Below, piece by piece: positions 1 through 9,666 of a stretch of DNA of 64,000 nt. Source of the stretch: Thermodesulfobacteriota bacterium (lineage in GTDB: Bacteria; Desulfobacterota; Binatia; Bin18); contig OZ219926.1 in assembly GCA_964291405.2 (NCBI GenBank), positions 3,360,001 through 3,424,000 on the forward strand. The letters run 5' to 3'. The first letter of the stretch is position 1. Each line of letters opens with the position of its first letter. Made by a program: the position numbers and the translations under genes. Under the pieces are notes generated by a model that was not told the DNA's origin, did not search any database, and was given only the letters and a program-made list of their open reading frames with translations.

Positions 1-348
1 GGCGCCCGCGCCGGCTGCGGCGCCGTTCACCGCCGCAATAATGGGCTGGGGCATGCGCCGCAGCAACTGGACGACCTGGCTGCCAAGGGCCATGCGCTGC
101 TCAAGGACCTCGGTCGTGTTGTCGTCCTGGAGCTTGGCCATGCTGGCGATATCACCGCCGGCGCAGAAGGCTCTGCCCGCTCCGGTAATGATAATGCAGC
201 GGACGCTCCGATCCGTTGCAAACCGTTCGAGCTGCTTGAGAAGCTGGCCGCGCATGGCGTCAGAGAATGCGTTCATGACCTCAGGCCGATTCAGCGTCAG
301 TATGCCAATATGATCGCTCACCGCGGTGAGCACTTGGTTTTCGCTCAT
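1..348 (-). CDS. Enoyl-CoA hydratase/isomerase (crotonase) family protein, partial (runs off the left edge)
   Basis: Hand translation MSENQVLTAVSDHIGILTLNRPEVMNAFS...IIITGAGRAFCAGGDI...PQPIIAAVNGAAAGAG shows crotonase motifs; GGAGG RBS upstream; absent from the ORF track because it is truncated. Confidence 0.92.
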   Translation of the reverse strand, partial: MSENQVLTAVSDHIGILTLNRPEVMNAFSDAMRGQLLKQLERFATDRSVRCIIITGAGRAFCAGGDIASMAKLQDDNTTEVLEQRMALGSQVVQLLRRMPQPIIAAVNGAAAGAGA

Positions 349-378
349 GCTGTCCTCCGGGACTGTTCGTTGATGATA

Positions 379-1737
379 TCACCCAATCAGCGTCATAAGC
401 TGGGCAATCTGAGAGGCATCCAGGGTTTCCAGCCGTTCAACAAGCTGAATACATTGCTGTGTGTGCTCTTCGGTCAGGTGGACACCGAGGCAGTCTCGAA
501 TCTTGACTATATGGTCGTCCCACGCTAGAGGCGGTCGGCCCCAAAAGCCTTGCGGGCCATCACACCGAGCCGTCAGGCGCCGGTCGTCCTGGAGTTCGAC
601 CGCAACGTCTACCCACATTTCTTCCAACACGCCGGGAATCGTCCCGTCCTGGGTCAGGCGAGTCCGAGACAGGAGGGCTGCCAGAGCGGGCCGCGCGCAA
701 TAGTCGTCCGAGAAGGTCCGAATCGACACCTCGCCGTCGAGCAGGGCGGCGGCAACCGTATACTGGAAGCTGAATTTCCCGTCCAGACCACTGTGAGGAG
801 TCGGCCGATCGACATAGGGCATGACCGGGGCGGTAATATGGATGGCCCGAATAGAGTCGGGACTGGCGATTTGCTGGCGGAGTTCCAGCGCGGCCAATAT
901 TCCGAAATGCGTGCCGTACTGACACGGAAACATCTTCATCACAAAGCCCGGATCGACCATGCGGTACGACTGCCCCAGGCGTAGCAATTCATCATACTGA
1001 AACTGCTCGCCAAAGAAGTGCTCGACATAACCGTTCGGCGCTTCAAAAATCGTTGGGTTGCCGGTAAAGCCGTGGAATGCCAATAAGGCCGCATCCAAAC
1101 CGGATAAGGCCGCCCAGCCACAGTGGGTCGCCTTGGCCATAGTCCCGACATTGGCCATTAACCCACCGGCGCGAGATGCGCTGATCCCCAGGGCGTGCTG
1201 AAGCTGTTCTTGGCTGAGTCCCAGCAGGTGGGCGGCGGCCGCAGCCGCGCCCATGAGGCCGACGCTGCTTGGCGGATGGACGCTAAACTCCGCGGGCGCG
1301 TATTGGTGGGAGGCCAGCCGGATATGTCCCTGGAGCTCGCAGCCTTTGACAAAGGCCGTGATGATTTCCCGACCCGGAGCCTGTCGATCTTCGGCCAAGG
1401 CGAGAATGGCCGGCAGCGTTGGCGATGTGGCGTGGGTGGGAGGACTCCACATCGGCTCATAGTCCAGGACGTGCATGGCAATGCCGTTGGCGTACGCTGC
1501 CAGAACGGGCGAGGTGCGAAAGCCATGACCAATAACAGTCGCCGTTTCTTTTCCGCCTTGACTGTTGACATGGGTGGCGGCAATGGTCGGCCCCGGCTCT
1601 CTGGCTCCAGCCACCGCAACGGCAATGCCGTCGAGAATGACCCGCTTGGCCACCGCAATAATTTCGTCTGGGAGCGACGCAAAAGTCATCCGGGTCAGGG
1701 TATGACAGAGCTCAGCCGTGGCTTGGCGGGTAGGCAT
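379..1737 (-). CDS. MmgE/PrpD family protein, close to the ACOD1/IRG1 (cis-aconitate decarboxylase) / IDS-epimerase branch
   Basis: 452 aa; AAYANGIAMHVLDY..W.PPTH, HPPSSVG, KATH, KMFPC, PYVDRP, KFSFQY motifs. Confidence 0.9.
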   Translation of the reverse strand: MPTRQATAELCHTLTRMTFASLPDEIIAVAKRVILDGIAVAVAGAREPGPTIAATHVNSQGGKETATVIGHGFRTSPVLAAYANGIAMHVLDYEPMWSPPTHATSPTLPAILALAEDRQAPGREIITAFVKGCELQGHIRLASHQYAPAEFSVHPPSSVGLMGAAAAAAHLLGLSQEQLQHALGISASRAGGLMANVGTMAKATHCGWAALSGLDAALLAFHGFTGNPTIFEAPNGYVEHFFGEQFQYDELLRLGQSYRMVDPGFVMKMFPCQYGTHFGILAALELRQQIASPDSIRAIHITAPVMPYVDRPTPHSGLDGKFSFQYTVAAALLDGEVSIRTFSDDYCARPALAALLSRTRLTQDGTIPGVLEEMWVDVAVELQDDRRLTARCDGPQGFWGRPPLAWDDHIVKIRDCLGVHLTEEHTQQCIQLVERLETLDASQIAQLMTLIG

Positions 1738-1778
1738 CCTTCTAGGCTCGTGCTTCCGTTAACTCTCTCTGGATTTGC

Positions 1779-2186
1779 TTACGGGTGGAAAATCCGAAGC
1801 TGGAAGGGGATAAGGTGGCGTATTGTGATGAAGTGGCGATCCGCCGTCAGTAGCAGGGCACCCGTATAGCGAGCTGTCAGGGCGAGGAGAAGATCATTTT
1901 GGAGTCTGGCTAAGCCTATTGCCTCATGGTCCGGGAAAATTTTTGGTAAGAGTCTCCCCGTCTCAACCCAACAGCGTCTCCAGGACGGTGGTTCTAAGGG
2001 AACCAACTGGCCGACAAACCGCTCAATGCTGCGTCGGCCATGATCGGGGACGCCTCGGAGTAACTCGCTGGCGACCACCGGAGATAACCGGACAGGGGCG
2101 TTTCCAATCTCGTACAGGACCATGTCCCAGGTCAAAAGACCGGACAGTAGTGAGATATGGATGTTGGTATCAAAGAAGGCGATCAT
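1779..2186 (-). CDS. PIN-domain (VapC-like) toxin
   Basis: MIAFFDTNIHI...SPVVASELLRG...NDLLLALTA...LLTADRHF carries the PIN acidic residues; start placed at ATG 2186, overlapping the antitoxin. Confidence 0.85.
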   Translation of the reverse strand: MIAFFDTNIHISLLSGLLTWDMVLYEIGNAPVRLSPVVASELLRGVPDHGRRSIERFVGQLVPLEPPSWRRCWVETGRLLPKIFPDHEAIGLARLQNDLLLALTARYTGALLLTADRHFITIRHLIPFQLRIFHP

Positions 2187-2370
2187 TGATATCAGAGGAT
2201 GAAATGACTCCGACAGTCTCACGTAAGACCTTATGGGAATGAAGCCGCTCTTCTTCTTCAGCCAACAGCGTATTAATTAACTCTGATTGGGTTTTTGCTT
2301 TACGGGCTCGCATGAGTCTCCGAAGCCGGGTCTCAGGAACTCGGACGGTCAGGGCCTTTCGCGTATCCAT
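2170..2370 (-). CDS. Putative ribbon-helix-helix antitoxin (VapB-like)
   Basis: 66 aa MDTRKALTVRVPETRLRRLMRARKAKTQSELINTLL; directly upstream of and overlapping the PIN gene. Confidence 0.7.
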   Translation of the reverse strand: MDTRKALTVRVPETRLRRLMRARKAKTQSELINTLLAEEEERLHSHKVLRETVGVISSSDINDRLL

Positions 2371-2381
2371 GGGCGTTCCTC

Positions 2382-2417
2382 TTATGTATGACGAAATATA
2401 ATATTTGTCATACATAA
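2382..2417. promoter_or_regulatory. Palindromic operator upstream of the vapBC-like module
   Basis: TTATGTATGAC-gaaatataatattt-GTCATACATAA: perfect 11-bp inverted repeat, AT-rich, just upstream of the antitoxin start. Confidence 0.7.
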
Positions 2418-2461
2418 CACGGCGACGCTAGGGATAACAACCCTCTGTGCTCTTTACTCTT

Positions 2462-3385
2462 TCAGAAAACGTTCCGGCGCTTCTGAGGTGAGGGGGGTCT
2501 TTCTTCGTCCTGACCCTTCAGAAACCTGTACTGCAAGGCTTGCGCTTCAGCCAGGCCAATCAGCTCTTCTCGTTCGGCAAAAGAGGCCATGTCCTCCGCC
2601 ATTGCTGCCGTATGGCCGTGGGTACGGATTTCGGCGGCGGCCCGCTGCATGGCCCGAATAGCAGCACGTTGCAGGTCTGACGGAACAATCATGATCCGGT
2701 ACCCGAGGGTAGCGAGCTGCTCGGCCGGAACCAGCGGGGTTTTACCACCCCAGAACATGTTGATCACGAGTGGTGCTTTGACCTCCAGGGCTATCCGCTC
2801 AATCTCATCGATCGATTGCGGCGCTTCCACAAAAATCATGTCCGCCCCTGCCTCAGCATAGGTATTCCCCCGTTCAATCGCCGCGTCCAGCCCAAGAACG
2901 GCCCGAGCGTCGGTCCGGGCGATAATGACCAGTCCGCTGTCGCCACACGCTTCTACCGCGGCCTGGATTTTCTGGACCATCTCCGTGCTAGCGACCACCT
3001 GTTTGCCCTCATAATGGCCGCAGCGTTTGGGTTCGACCTGATCCTCAATATGCAGGGCTGCCGCGCCGGAACGCGCATACGTCCGAATCGTCCGAATGAC
3101 GTTCAGCGCATTCCCATAGCCCGTGTCGGCATCCACAATAAGCGGCAGGGCGGTGACCGCGCGAATCTCTTCCAGCCGCTTTTGCATTTCCGTGAGGGTA
3201 ACCAGGCCAATATCGGGATAGCCCATACTGCGCGCGATAGCGCCACCGCTCACATACAACACCGCCACACCCGCGGCTTCGGCAATCTTGGCTGACAGCC
3301 CATCGTATACGCCCGGAGCCGTGATCAGGTTCTCTTGGGCGAGTAGCGCTCTGAACTGGGTCGGACCTTGGGTCGTTTGCAACAC
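2462..3385 (-). CDS. Isocitrate lyase/PEP mutase superfamily C-C lyase (PrpB/2,3-dimethylmalate lyase-like)
   Basis: DADTGYG, IEDQ..PKRCGH and IIARTDA motifs. Confidence 0.9.
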   Translation of the reverse strand: MLQTTQGPTQFRALLAQENLITAPGVYDGLSAKIAEAAGVAVLYVSGGAIARSMGYPDIGLVTLTEMQKRLEEIRAVTALPLIVDADTGYGNALNVIRTIRTYARSGAAALHIEDQVEPKRCGHYEGKQVVASTEMVQKIQAAVEACGDSGLVIIARTDARAVLGLDAAIERGNTYAEAGADMIFVEAPQSIDEIERIALEVKAPLVINMFWGGKTPLVPAEQLATLGYRIMIVPSDLQRAAIRAMQRAAAEIRTHGHTAAMAEDMASFAEREELIGLAEAQALQYRFLKGQDEERPPSPQKRRNVF

Positions 3386-3389
3386 CGCG

Positions 3390-4910
3390 CTATTCTCCTC
3401 GTGCCCAGCGTGCGGCGTGCGTACCGGCTAGCCGGCCGAAAACCGCGCCACGCATCAGCCCGGAGCCGCCCGGATAATTACGATAGAAAAAACCACCGGT
3501 CATTTCGCCGGTTGCGAACAGGCCGGGGATGGGCCGGTCCAAGTGATCGACGACCGCCGCATCGGTGTTGATCCGTAGACCGCCAAAGGTGAAGGTGATC
3601 CCGAGCGAGACCGGATAGGCGTAAAAGGGTGGCTGGTCGAGCCGGGTCGCCCAGTTGGTTTTTTCCGGTCGCAGACCACGCGTCCGCTTGCCATCTTTTC
3701 GGTCAGGGTCGAAGGGGCCGTCTTGAACTGCGTTGTTATAGGCCTCAAGCGTGGACAGGAAAGCATCTCGGCGAAAATCCAAAGCCGCGTAGCGCTCCTC
3801 GATGTGATCTGCCAAATCGGCCAGACTGTCGGCGCTAATGGGTGTACCGGTATTATAGCGCGTCTCCAATAGCGAGACGGTCTGCTGGTCAAAGACCTGA
3901 AAGATGGTTGCGCTACGTTGCTGCAAAATATCCCGCCCCATTCTGGCGTAGGTGTACAAATTAAAATCCTCGCCCTCGTCAACAAAGCGCTCACCGTCCA
4001 GATTGACCATGACCGAGAACGGATAGGATAGCCGGTTGGTCTTATCGGTGAGCCGCAGGTCGCCATAGGTCGGGGCGTCGGCATCAATCGGCGTGGCATG
4101 ACAACCCGCCCATTCGCCATAACTCTGAGCCCCAACCGACAAGGCCGCACGCGTCATCTCGCCGGTATTAAAACGGCTGCCTCTGACCTTGACTACGCTC
4201 CAACTCGGACCGAGATAAGCCGTGCGCATTTCCGGGTTGGCCTGGAATCCACCGCTGGCCAGAACCAGGGCTTGACACTCGACAGTATACAGGCCGCTGG
4301 GCTTACGTATGGCAAGACCGGTCACGCGACCATCCTCGGCCGTGAGAATTTGCTGGGCCTGGGCTTCGTACCAGACTGGAATGCCCGCCTCAGACGCAAG
4401 GCGAAACAGAGTGCTGGACAGCAGGACGCCTTCGCCTTTGGCACGGAGCGCGCCTCCGCGGGCGAGTTTGATCTTTTGAGCGCCGGCAACCCTGACCGGA
4501 CCAACGGCGCGGTTAAACTCCCAGGCCACGCCCAGGTCGGCCATCCAGCACACCGTATCATACGAGCGTGTGATCAAGGTGTGGGTCAACGCCGGGTCGG
4601 CCTGCCCTCCGGTGACGCGGTTGATGTCGTGCTGAAAGTCCTCGGGGGTATAGGGATCAACCATAACATCGCTCGGATCGTCGTTGTCCCTAATCAGCGC
4701 CATCAAATCGTCGATACCGTTATAGGTGCAGCGGAACAGGCCGCCGGTAAAACGTGTATTGCCGCCGCGTAATTTCTGCGTGGCCTTTTCGAGGACAACG
4801 ACCCGGGCGCCTTCAGCCCGAGCGGCCAGCGCGGCAGTAAATGCGGCATTGCCCGCCCCGACAACGATTACGTCAAACGTCTCTGGTGTGTGCTGAGCCG
4901 AGTCTGCCAA
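3390..4910 (-). CDS. FAD-dependent tricarballylate dehydrogenase TcuA/CobZ-like flavoprotein
   Basis: VVGAGNAA dinucleotide fold, RGGNTRFTGG, LASGGFQAN, GERFVDEG, GITFTFGGL, NYPGGSGL..GAVFGR. Confidence 0.85.
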   Translation of the reverse strand: MADSAQHTPETFDVIVVGAGNAAFTAALAARAEGARVVVLEKATQKLRGGNTRFTGGLFRCTYNGIDDLMALIRDNDDPSDVMVDPYTPEDFQHDINRVTGGQADPALTHTLITRSYDTVCWMADLGVAWEFNRAVGPVRVAGAQKIKLARGGALRAKGEGVLLSSTLFRLASEAGIPVWYEAQAQQILTAEDGRVTGLAIRKPSGLYTVECQALVLASGGFQANPEMRTAYLGPSWSVVKVRGSRFNTGEMTRAALSVGAQSYGEWAGCHATPIDADAPTYGDLRLTDKTNRLSYPFSVMVNLDGERFVDEGEDFNLYTYARMGRDILQQRSATIFQVFDQQTVSLLETRYNTGTPISADSLADLADHIEERYAALDFRRDAFLSTLEAYNNAVQDGPFDPDRKDGKRTRGLRPEKTNWATRLDQPPFYAYPVSLGITFTFGGLRINTDAAVVDHLDRPIPGLFATGEMTGGFFYRNYPGGSGLMRGAVFGRLAGTHAARWARGE

Positions 4911-5077
4911 TGCCCTCTCCTCTCTGTGGTCGTCACTATAGCGCTTCTGGCCGGAGCGTGAATCCCCTTACTTTTTCGTGGCTGTCTCTTGACCCCAGGA
5001 TTCCTCCTGACATAGACAGGAAGAAAACAACACCGGCTGTGCCGCTCTGCGAGACATAGCCAAAGAGGAGGGATGAT

Positions 5078-5569
5078 ATGAACCCACGTGGGATGTCCCA
5101 TGTCGCGCTGTGCACCAACGATTTTGAGCGCTCCATGCATTTCTATCGGGATTTGCTTGGATTCAAGGTGGCCCAGCAGGGAACCACTGTTGAAGAGGGA
5201 GAATATCAGCAGGGGATTTACAAGAAGAAAAACCAACAGGTGAAGTTTGCCATTCTGCGCCACGGCAAAAAGAAAGCCACCCCGTACGGTCTCAACGAAG
5301 ACGCCCCGGTGATTGCCCTGCTGGCGCCAACGCAGAGCAAAGCGACCGGGAAGCCGATCTTGGTAGACCAGATTGGCATTTCCCACTTCGGGATATGGGT
5401 CAAAGGCTTGAACAGAGTCCACAAAGACCTGGAGAGTAAAGGGGTGGAATTTGTCGCCCCGCCGCACGTCTTGGCCAAGACCAAAGAGGGTACGATTCGC
5501 AGTGCCTTTGTCAAAGACCCGGATGGGATCATTATCCAGTTGGACGAAATGATCCCGGCTCGGGCGTAG
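5078..5569 (+). CDS. VOC (glyoxalase/bleomycin resistance) family protein
   Basis: SHVALCTNDFERSMHFYRDLLGF, GISHFGIWV, AFVKDPDGIIIQL; RBS GGAGG. Confidence 0.88.
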   Translation: MNPRGMSHVALCTNDFERSMHFYRDLLGFKVAQQGTTVEEGEYQQGIYKKKNQQVKFAILRHGKKKATPYGLNEDAPVIALLAPTQSKATGKPILVDQIGISHFGIWVKGLNRVHKDLESKGVEFVAPPHVLAKTKEGTIRSAFVKDPDGIIIQLDEMIPARA

Positions 5570-5579
5570 ACTTTCGTTT

Positions 5580-5613
5580 CCCTCTCCCCCTGGGAGAGGG
5601 CTAGGGGGAGGGC
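5580..5613. repeat. REP-like palindrome (CCCTCTCCCnnnGGGAGAGGG type) between convergent genes
   Basis: ccctctccc-cct-gggagaggg followed by ctagggggagggc. Confidence 0.6.
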
Positions 5614-5623
5614 ACCCTCTCCC

Positions 5624-6400
5624 CTAATGCCCGACCTCTGTCGGCTGTGGCTGAGCCTGTTTGGTTCGGATGGTTTTGGCCCGAGCGGCCATCTCTTCAG
5701 CCTCGTCCTCGCGACTGAGCTTTTGCAGCAAATCGACATATTTTTCGAGGACAACGGCCACTGCCGGATGGTCCGTGCCGAGCTTCTCTTCGCGGATCTC
5801 AAGCGCTTGCTGAAAGAGTGGCTCGGCCTCTGCATACTTGCCCTGGGCAATGGCCAACTCGGCCAGTCCGCTGAGGCTGGTCGAGACGGCGGGGTGAGTC
5901 GGCCCAAGTGCCTGCTGTCTGATTGTCAGCGACCGCTGAAAATACGACTCCGCCTCGGTGTAGCGTTCTTGGCTCATATAGACGGCGGCCAGATTGTTGA
6001 GACAATTGGTGATGCGGTAGTGCGTGGGGCCGACCAGGGCCTCGGCGATTTTCAGCGCGCGCTGAAGAAAGGTCTCGGCTTCATCGTAGCGGCCGAGTTC
6101 TCGGTACAGCGAGGCTAGGTTATTCAGACTCTGCGCCACCCATGGATGGTGGGGCCCATAGTGCGCCTCCCGGATAGACAATGCCCGCTCATAATAGCTG
6201 GCGGCTTCAGCTCGTTTGCCCTGATTATGCGATAAGCTCCCCAGGTTGTTCAGGACAACGGCGACGCGGGAGTCCTGGGGACCAAACTTTTCTGCCTCCT
6301 GGAGGGCCGCGCGGAGTTGTTGCTCGGCTTCGATATAATGACCTTTTTGATACAGCCGTGCGCCCGCTTCGTTTGCCGTCTCCCAGGTGGTGTCACTCAT
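5624..6400 (-). CDS. Tetratricopeptide repeat protein (kinesin-light-chain-like TPR)
   Basis: Repeated ~42-aa units LNNLA.LY...G.Y.EAE...QRAL.I.E...GP.HP. Confidence 0.9.
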   Translation of the reverse strand: MSDTTWETANEAGARLYQKGHYIEAEQQLRAALQEAEKFGPQDSRVAVVLNNLGSLSHNQGKRAEAASYYERALSIREAHYGPHHPWVAQSLNNLASLYRELGRYDEAETFLQRALKIAEALVGPTHYRITNCLNNLAAVYMSQERYTEAESYFQRSLTIRQQALGPTHPAVSTSLSGLAELAIAQGKYAEAEPLFQQALEIREEKLGTDHPAVAVVLEKYVDLLQKLSREDEAEEMAARAKTIRTKQAQPQPTEVGH

Positions 6401-6480
6401 AGCGTCCCCTTTTGCCCAGCGGTCTGAACACGCCCATGTGTAGCAGCCCTTGTAAAAAACTGCGAGACATTGGTGGAGAC

Positions 6481-6966
6481 TTACACTGATAAAACCATCC
6501 CGATGACTGGCAGTAACACGTCGTTCCTGCGGACTGTTGATCGTTCAACCTCGACAAATCCAGCCTTTTTATAGAAGCCCTGAGCATTGAGAGTCGATGC
6601 CAAAGAGACATCTCTTTGAGACCCGGCTCGTGCGGCTGTCAGAGCCCGTTCAAGGAGTAAAATACCAACGCCTTGTTTGGCGTATTCAGGGGCAACATAG
6701 ATGGCGTGAATCTCTCCGGGGATAGCCTGCCCGAAACCGAGGATGGAGAGGCCGTCGGTAGCGACAAACATTTCCCCTCTTCCAATGCCCGGAAGATAGC
6801 CTTGTGGAGAACGATTTTTCAGCCAGCCTGCAAGCTGCTCAGACGAGTAATGTCCTTTGCACAGGATTTTGACCGACTGGGTATGAATTTCATGAATCCG
6901 ACCAGCATCATCGACCGTTGCTTGGCGGATTCCTAATCCCTGCTGCACGAGACTCTCTTGGGACAC
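6481..6966 (-). CDS. GNAT family N-acetyltransferase
   Basis: IRQATVDDA, IYVAPEYAKQGVGILLL acetyl-CoA motif, NAQGFYKKAGF; start moved to GTG 6966 to avoid overlap with the P450. Confidence 0.85.
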   Translation of the reverse strand: MSQESLVQQGLGIRQATVDDAGRIHEIHTQSVKILCKGHYSSEQLAGWLKNRSPQGYLPGIGRGEMFVATDGLSILGFGQAIPGEIHAIYVAPEYAKQGVGILLLERALTAARAGSQRDVSLASTLNAQGFYKKAGFVEVERSTVRRNDVLLPVIGMVLSV

Positions 6967-6973
6967 CTGAGCT

Positions 6974-8308
6974 TTACGCCACTTCCCGAATGACCGGCAT
7001 GCCGTCTGATGGAGCAAACGTAATACTCCGCCGGACAACACGCACGGTATGTCCCGGAACTGGCCGGAGTGCGACCCGAGACAATATCTGGGCCAGGACG
7101 ATTTTCATCTCGTATGTGGCAAAGGCTGCACCCAGACAGTGACGGACTCCTCCGCCAAAAGGAAAAAAAGTATAGGGATCAACGCGTTTCCCAACAAACC
7201 GGTCAGGGTTAAACGTCTCGGGCTCGGGCCACAATTCCGGCCGCCGGTGGGTGAGGTAAATACACGGCGCGGCCACACAGTCCGCAGGTATTTCGTACGC
7301 TCCGATCTGGGTTGGCTGTTCGAGATAGCGGGCCACGACCGGGACAATGGGATTGAGTCGGGCCGTCTCTTTGATGGTCGCATCGAGATACTCAAGCTCG
7401 GAAATGTGCTCGGCTTGTATGGGACTCCCTCCGACCACGCGCTGGAGCTCGGCGCGAACTTTTTCGAGAACGTCCGGATTTTGTAATAGGCGGTGAACGA
7501 CCCAGGACAGCGAAGTAGCAGTGGTCTCATGTCCGGCCAGCAGCATGGTGATCATCTCATCGCGTAGCTCTTGATCGCTCATGGGCTGACCATCTTCGTC
7601 TCGGGCTTCAATGAGCATGGCCATGATATCGGCGCGTCCGTTTTGGGCTGCGGCCTTGCGTTGGGTAATCTGCTCGTACAGTACTGTATCGATTTCGCGA
7701 CTGAGTTGACCGATGCGTTGCCACGCGGTGAGCGGCCCCAGGTTGACTTGCAGCCAACGGATTAAGAGGAGAGGGCTGTTCCCTACGAGCCTGAGAAACT
7801 CAATCAGCAAGGACCGCAGTTTCTGGAGCAGTGCACCTTCGTCCACGCCAAAGACGGTCCGTAGAATGATGTCAAGCGTGATGGCCTGCATACGTTCGTG
7901 AATGGGGAAGGGCTGTTCCACCGGCCAGTTGTCAATCGACCGATCTGCGGCCTTACGCATGATCTCGCCATAGAGGCGCATGCGTTCGCCATGAAACGGC
8001 GGCATGAGCAATTTGCGCTCCCGTTTATGGCGTGCGCCATCAAGCAACAGGATTGAGTTCTCACCTAAAATCGGTTTGAGAACCACATTCCCCCGACCCG
8101 CCAGGGCGCGCTCGGGTGATGCGGTAAAGATCTGTTTAATGGCAACCGGGTTGCTGAAGAACGCGATCGGCGGCGTATTGAGCCAACGCATGGTGAAACA
8201 CTCACCATACTCTTGGACATATTTCCGCATGATGGGTATGGGCCTGCGAACCCAGTTCAGAGTCTGGAACAGCCGCGGGAGCCTCGGACCGGGGGGAAGG
8301 GAGCTCAT
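6974..8308 (-). CDS. Cytochrome P450
   Basis: AGHETT I-helix, ETAR (ExxR), FFPFGGGVRHCLG heme-thiolate motif. Confidence 0.96.
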   Translation of the reverse strand: MSSLPPGPRLPRLFQTLNWVRRPIPIMRKYVQEYGECFTMRWLNTPPIAFFSNPVAIKQIFTASPERALAGRGNVVLKPILGENSILLLDGARHKRERKLLMPPFHGERMRLYGEIMRKAADRSIDNWPVEQPFPIHERMQAITLDIILRTVFGVDEGALLQKLRSLLIEFLRLVGNSPLLLIRWLQVNLGPLTAWQRIGQLSREIDTVLYEQITQRKAAAQNGRADIMAMLIEARDEDGQPMSDQELRDEMITMLLAGHETTATSLSWVVHRLLQNPDVLEKVRAELQRVVGGSPIQAEHISELEYLDATIKETARLNPIVPVVARYLEQPTQIGAYEIPADCVAAPCIYLTHRRPELWPEPETFNPDRFVGKRVDPYTFFPFGGGVRHCLGAAFATYEMKIVLAQILSRVALRPVPGHTVRVVRRSITFAPSDGMPVIREVA

Positions 8309-8354
8309 AAAAAAAATCTACGAGACTCTGAGGCGAAGGGCAAGCTGTAGAATA

Positions 8355-9550
8355 CTAAATCACCCCGTCCTCTTTGAGTACCTGAATTTCAGCCTCGGAC
8401 AAGCCCAGCAATTTGCTGTACACCAGTTCGTTATGCTCTTCGGACTTGGGGTGTCGTTGGGAGGCTGCTGGTCGTTAAAACGCCAGGGTGCACCGAGCAC
8501 GGTGACAGGACCGGCGGTGGGATGATCGATATCCTTGAGGATGCCGCGTTCGCGCAGGTGGGGGTCGTTGAGGACTTCTTCGACGGTCTGGACCGCCCCA
8601 CAGGTGATATCCGCCTCGCCACACAGGCGCATGATCTCGTGTTTTGGATGACGTGAGGTCCAGGCGCTGACAATCGCATCCACTTCATCCGCGTGTTTGG
8701 AGCGGGCTCTATTGGTCGCGAATTTTTCGTCCCGGGCGATATCCTCACGTCCCATGAGGGTACACAGCGCCTGCCAGCGCTGATTGTCCGAGGTCAACAA
8801 TAAGACGTAGCCGTCACTGGCGGGATAACAATTATACGGAGAGAAGGCGCGGTTCGGCGCCCGGTTGCCGGCGCGCTCATAGCTGCCACCTTGGGCGCGG
8901 TAGGCCGATATCTGGGCGGTCAGCGGTCCGATGGCCGACTCGAACAGCGAGGTTTCTACTTCGAGCCCCTCTCCGGTGCGGTCGCGTTGATGCAGGGCCG
9001 CCAGTATGCCGGCCGCAAAATGGATGCCTGCCATAATGTCCATAATCGGTGGCCCGGCCTTCATCGGTGGGCCGGCCGGATCGCCCGTTGTGCTCATGAT
9101 ACCGGACAGGGCTTGGACAATGGAGTCAAACGCGGGGTAGGCGCTGTACGGGCCGGTCTTGCCATAGCCCGAGCTTGACGCGTAAATGATACGCGGGTTG
9201 AGGCGCTTCAAGTCCTGATAGCCCAGCCCCAACTTGTCCATGGTCCCGGCGGTAAAGTTCTCGACGACAATATCGGCGTGTGTCACAAACTGTTTGAACA
9301 GCTCTTTGCCGCGTTCGGATTTGAGATTGAGCGTGATGCCTTTTTTGTTCGAGTTGAGCATCACAAAGGGATAACTCTGCTTTTCGGTGTCCGGAATGGG
9401 AAAAATGCTGCGCGCGCGCTCACCGTAGGGACGCGGCTCGATCTTAATGACTTCGGCTCCGAGCAGCGCTAACACCTGGGCGGCATAGGGACCGTTAAAG
9501 ACGTGGGTGAGATCAAGAACGCGGATATCATCGAGTGCTCGCATAGACAC
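8355..9550 (-). CDS. Class III CoA-transferase (CaiB/BaiF), frameshifted near the C-terminus
   Basis: RVLDLTHVFNGP, GAEVIKIE, NSNKKGITLNLK, AFD; the family tail EHNELVYSKLLGLSEAEIQVLKEDGVI* continues in another frame from ~8438 to a stop at 8355. Confidence 0.88.
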
Positions 9551-9666
9551 TTCCCTTCATCAGCGGTCAGCTATCAGTCGATGCAGGGAAAGGCAAGCAA
9601 GAGAGGGGATTTTCTGAGAGGAGAAGAAAGGAGTACAAAGAGGAGGAAACACTCGGGAGGTGGACT

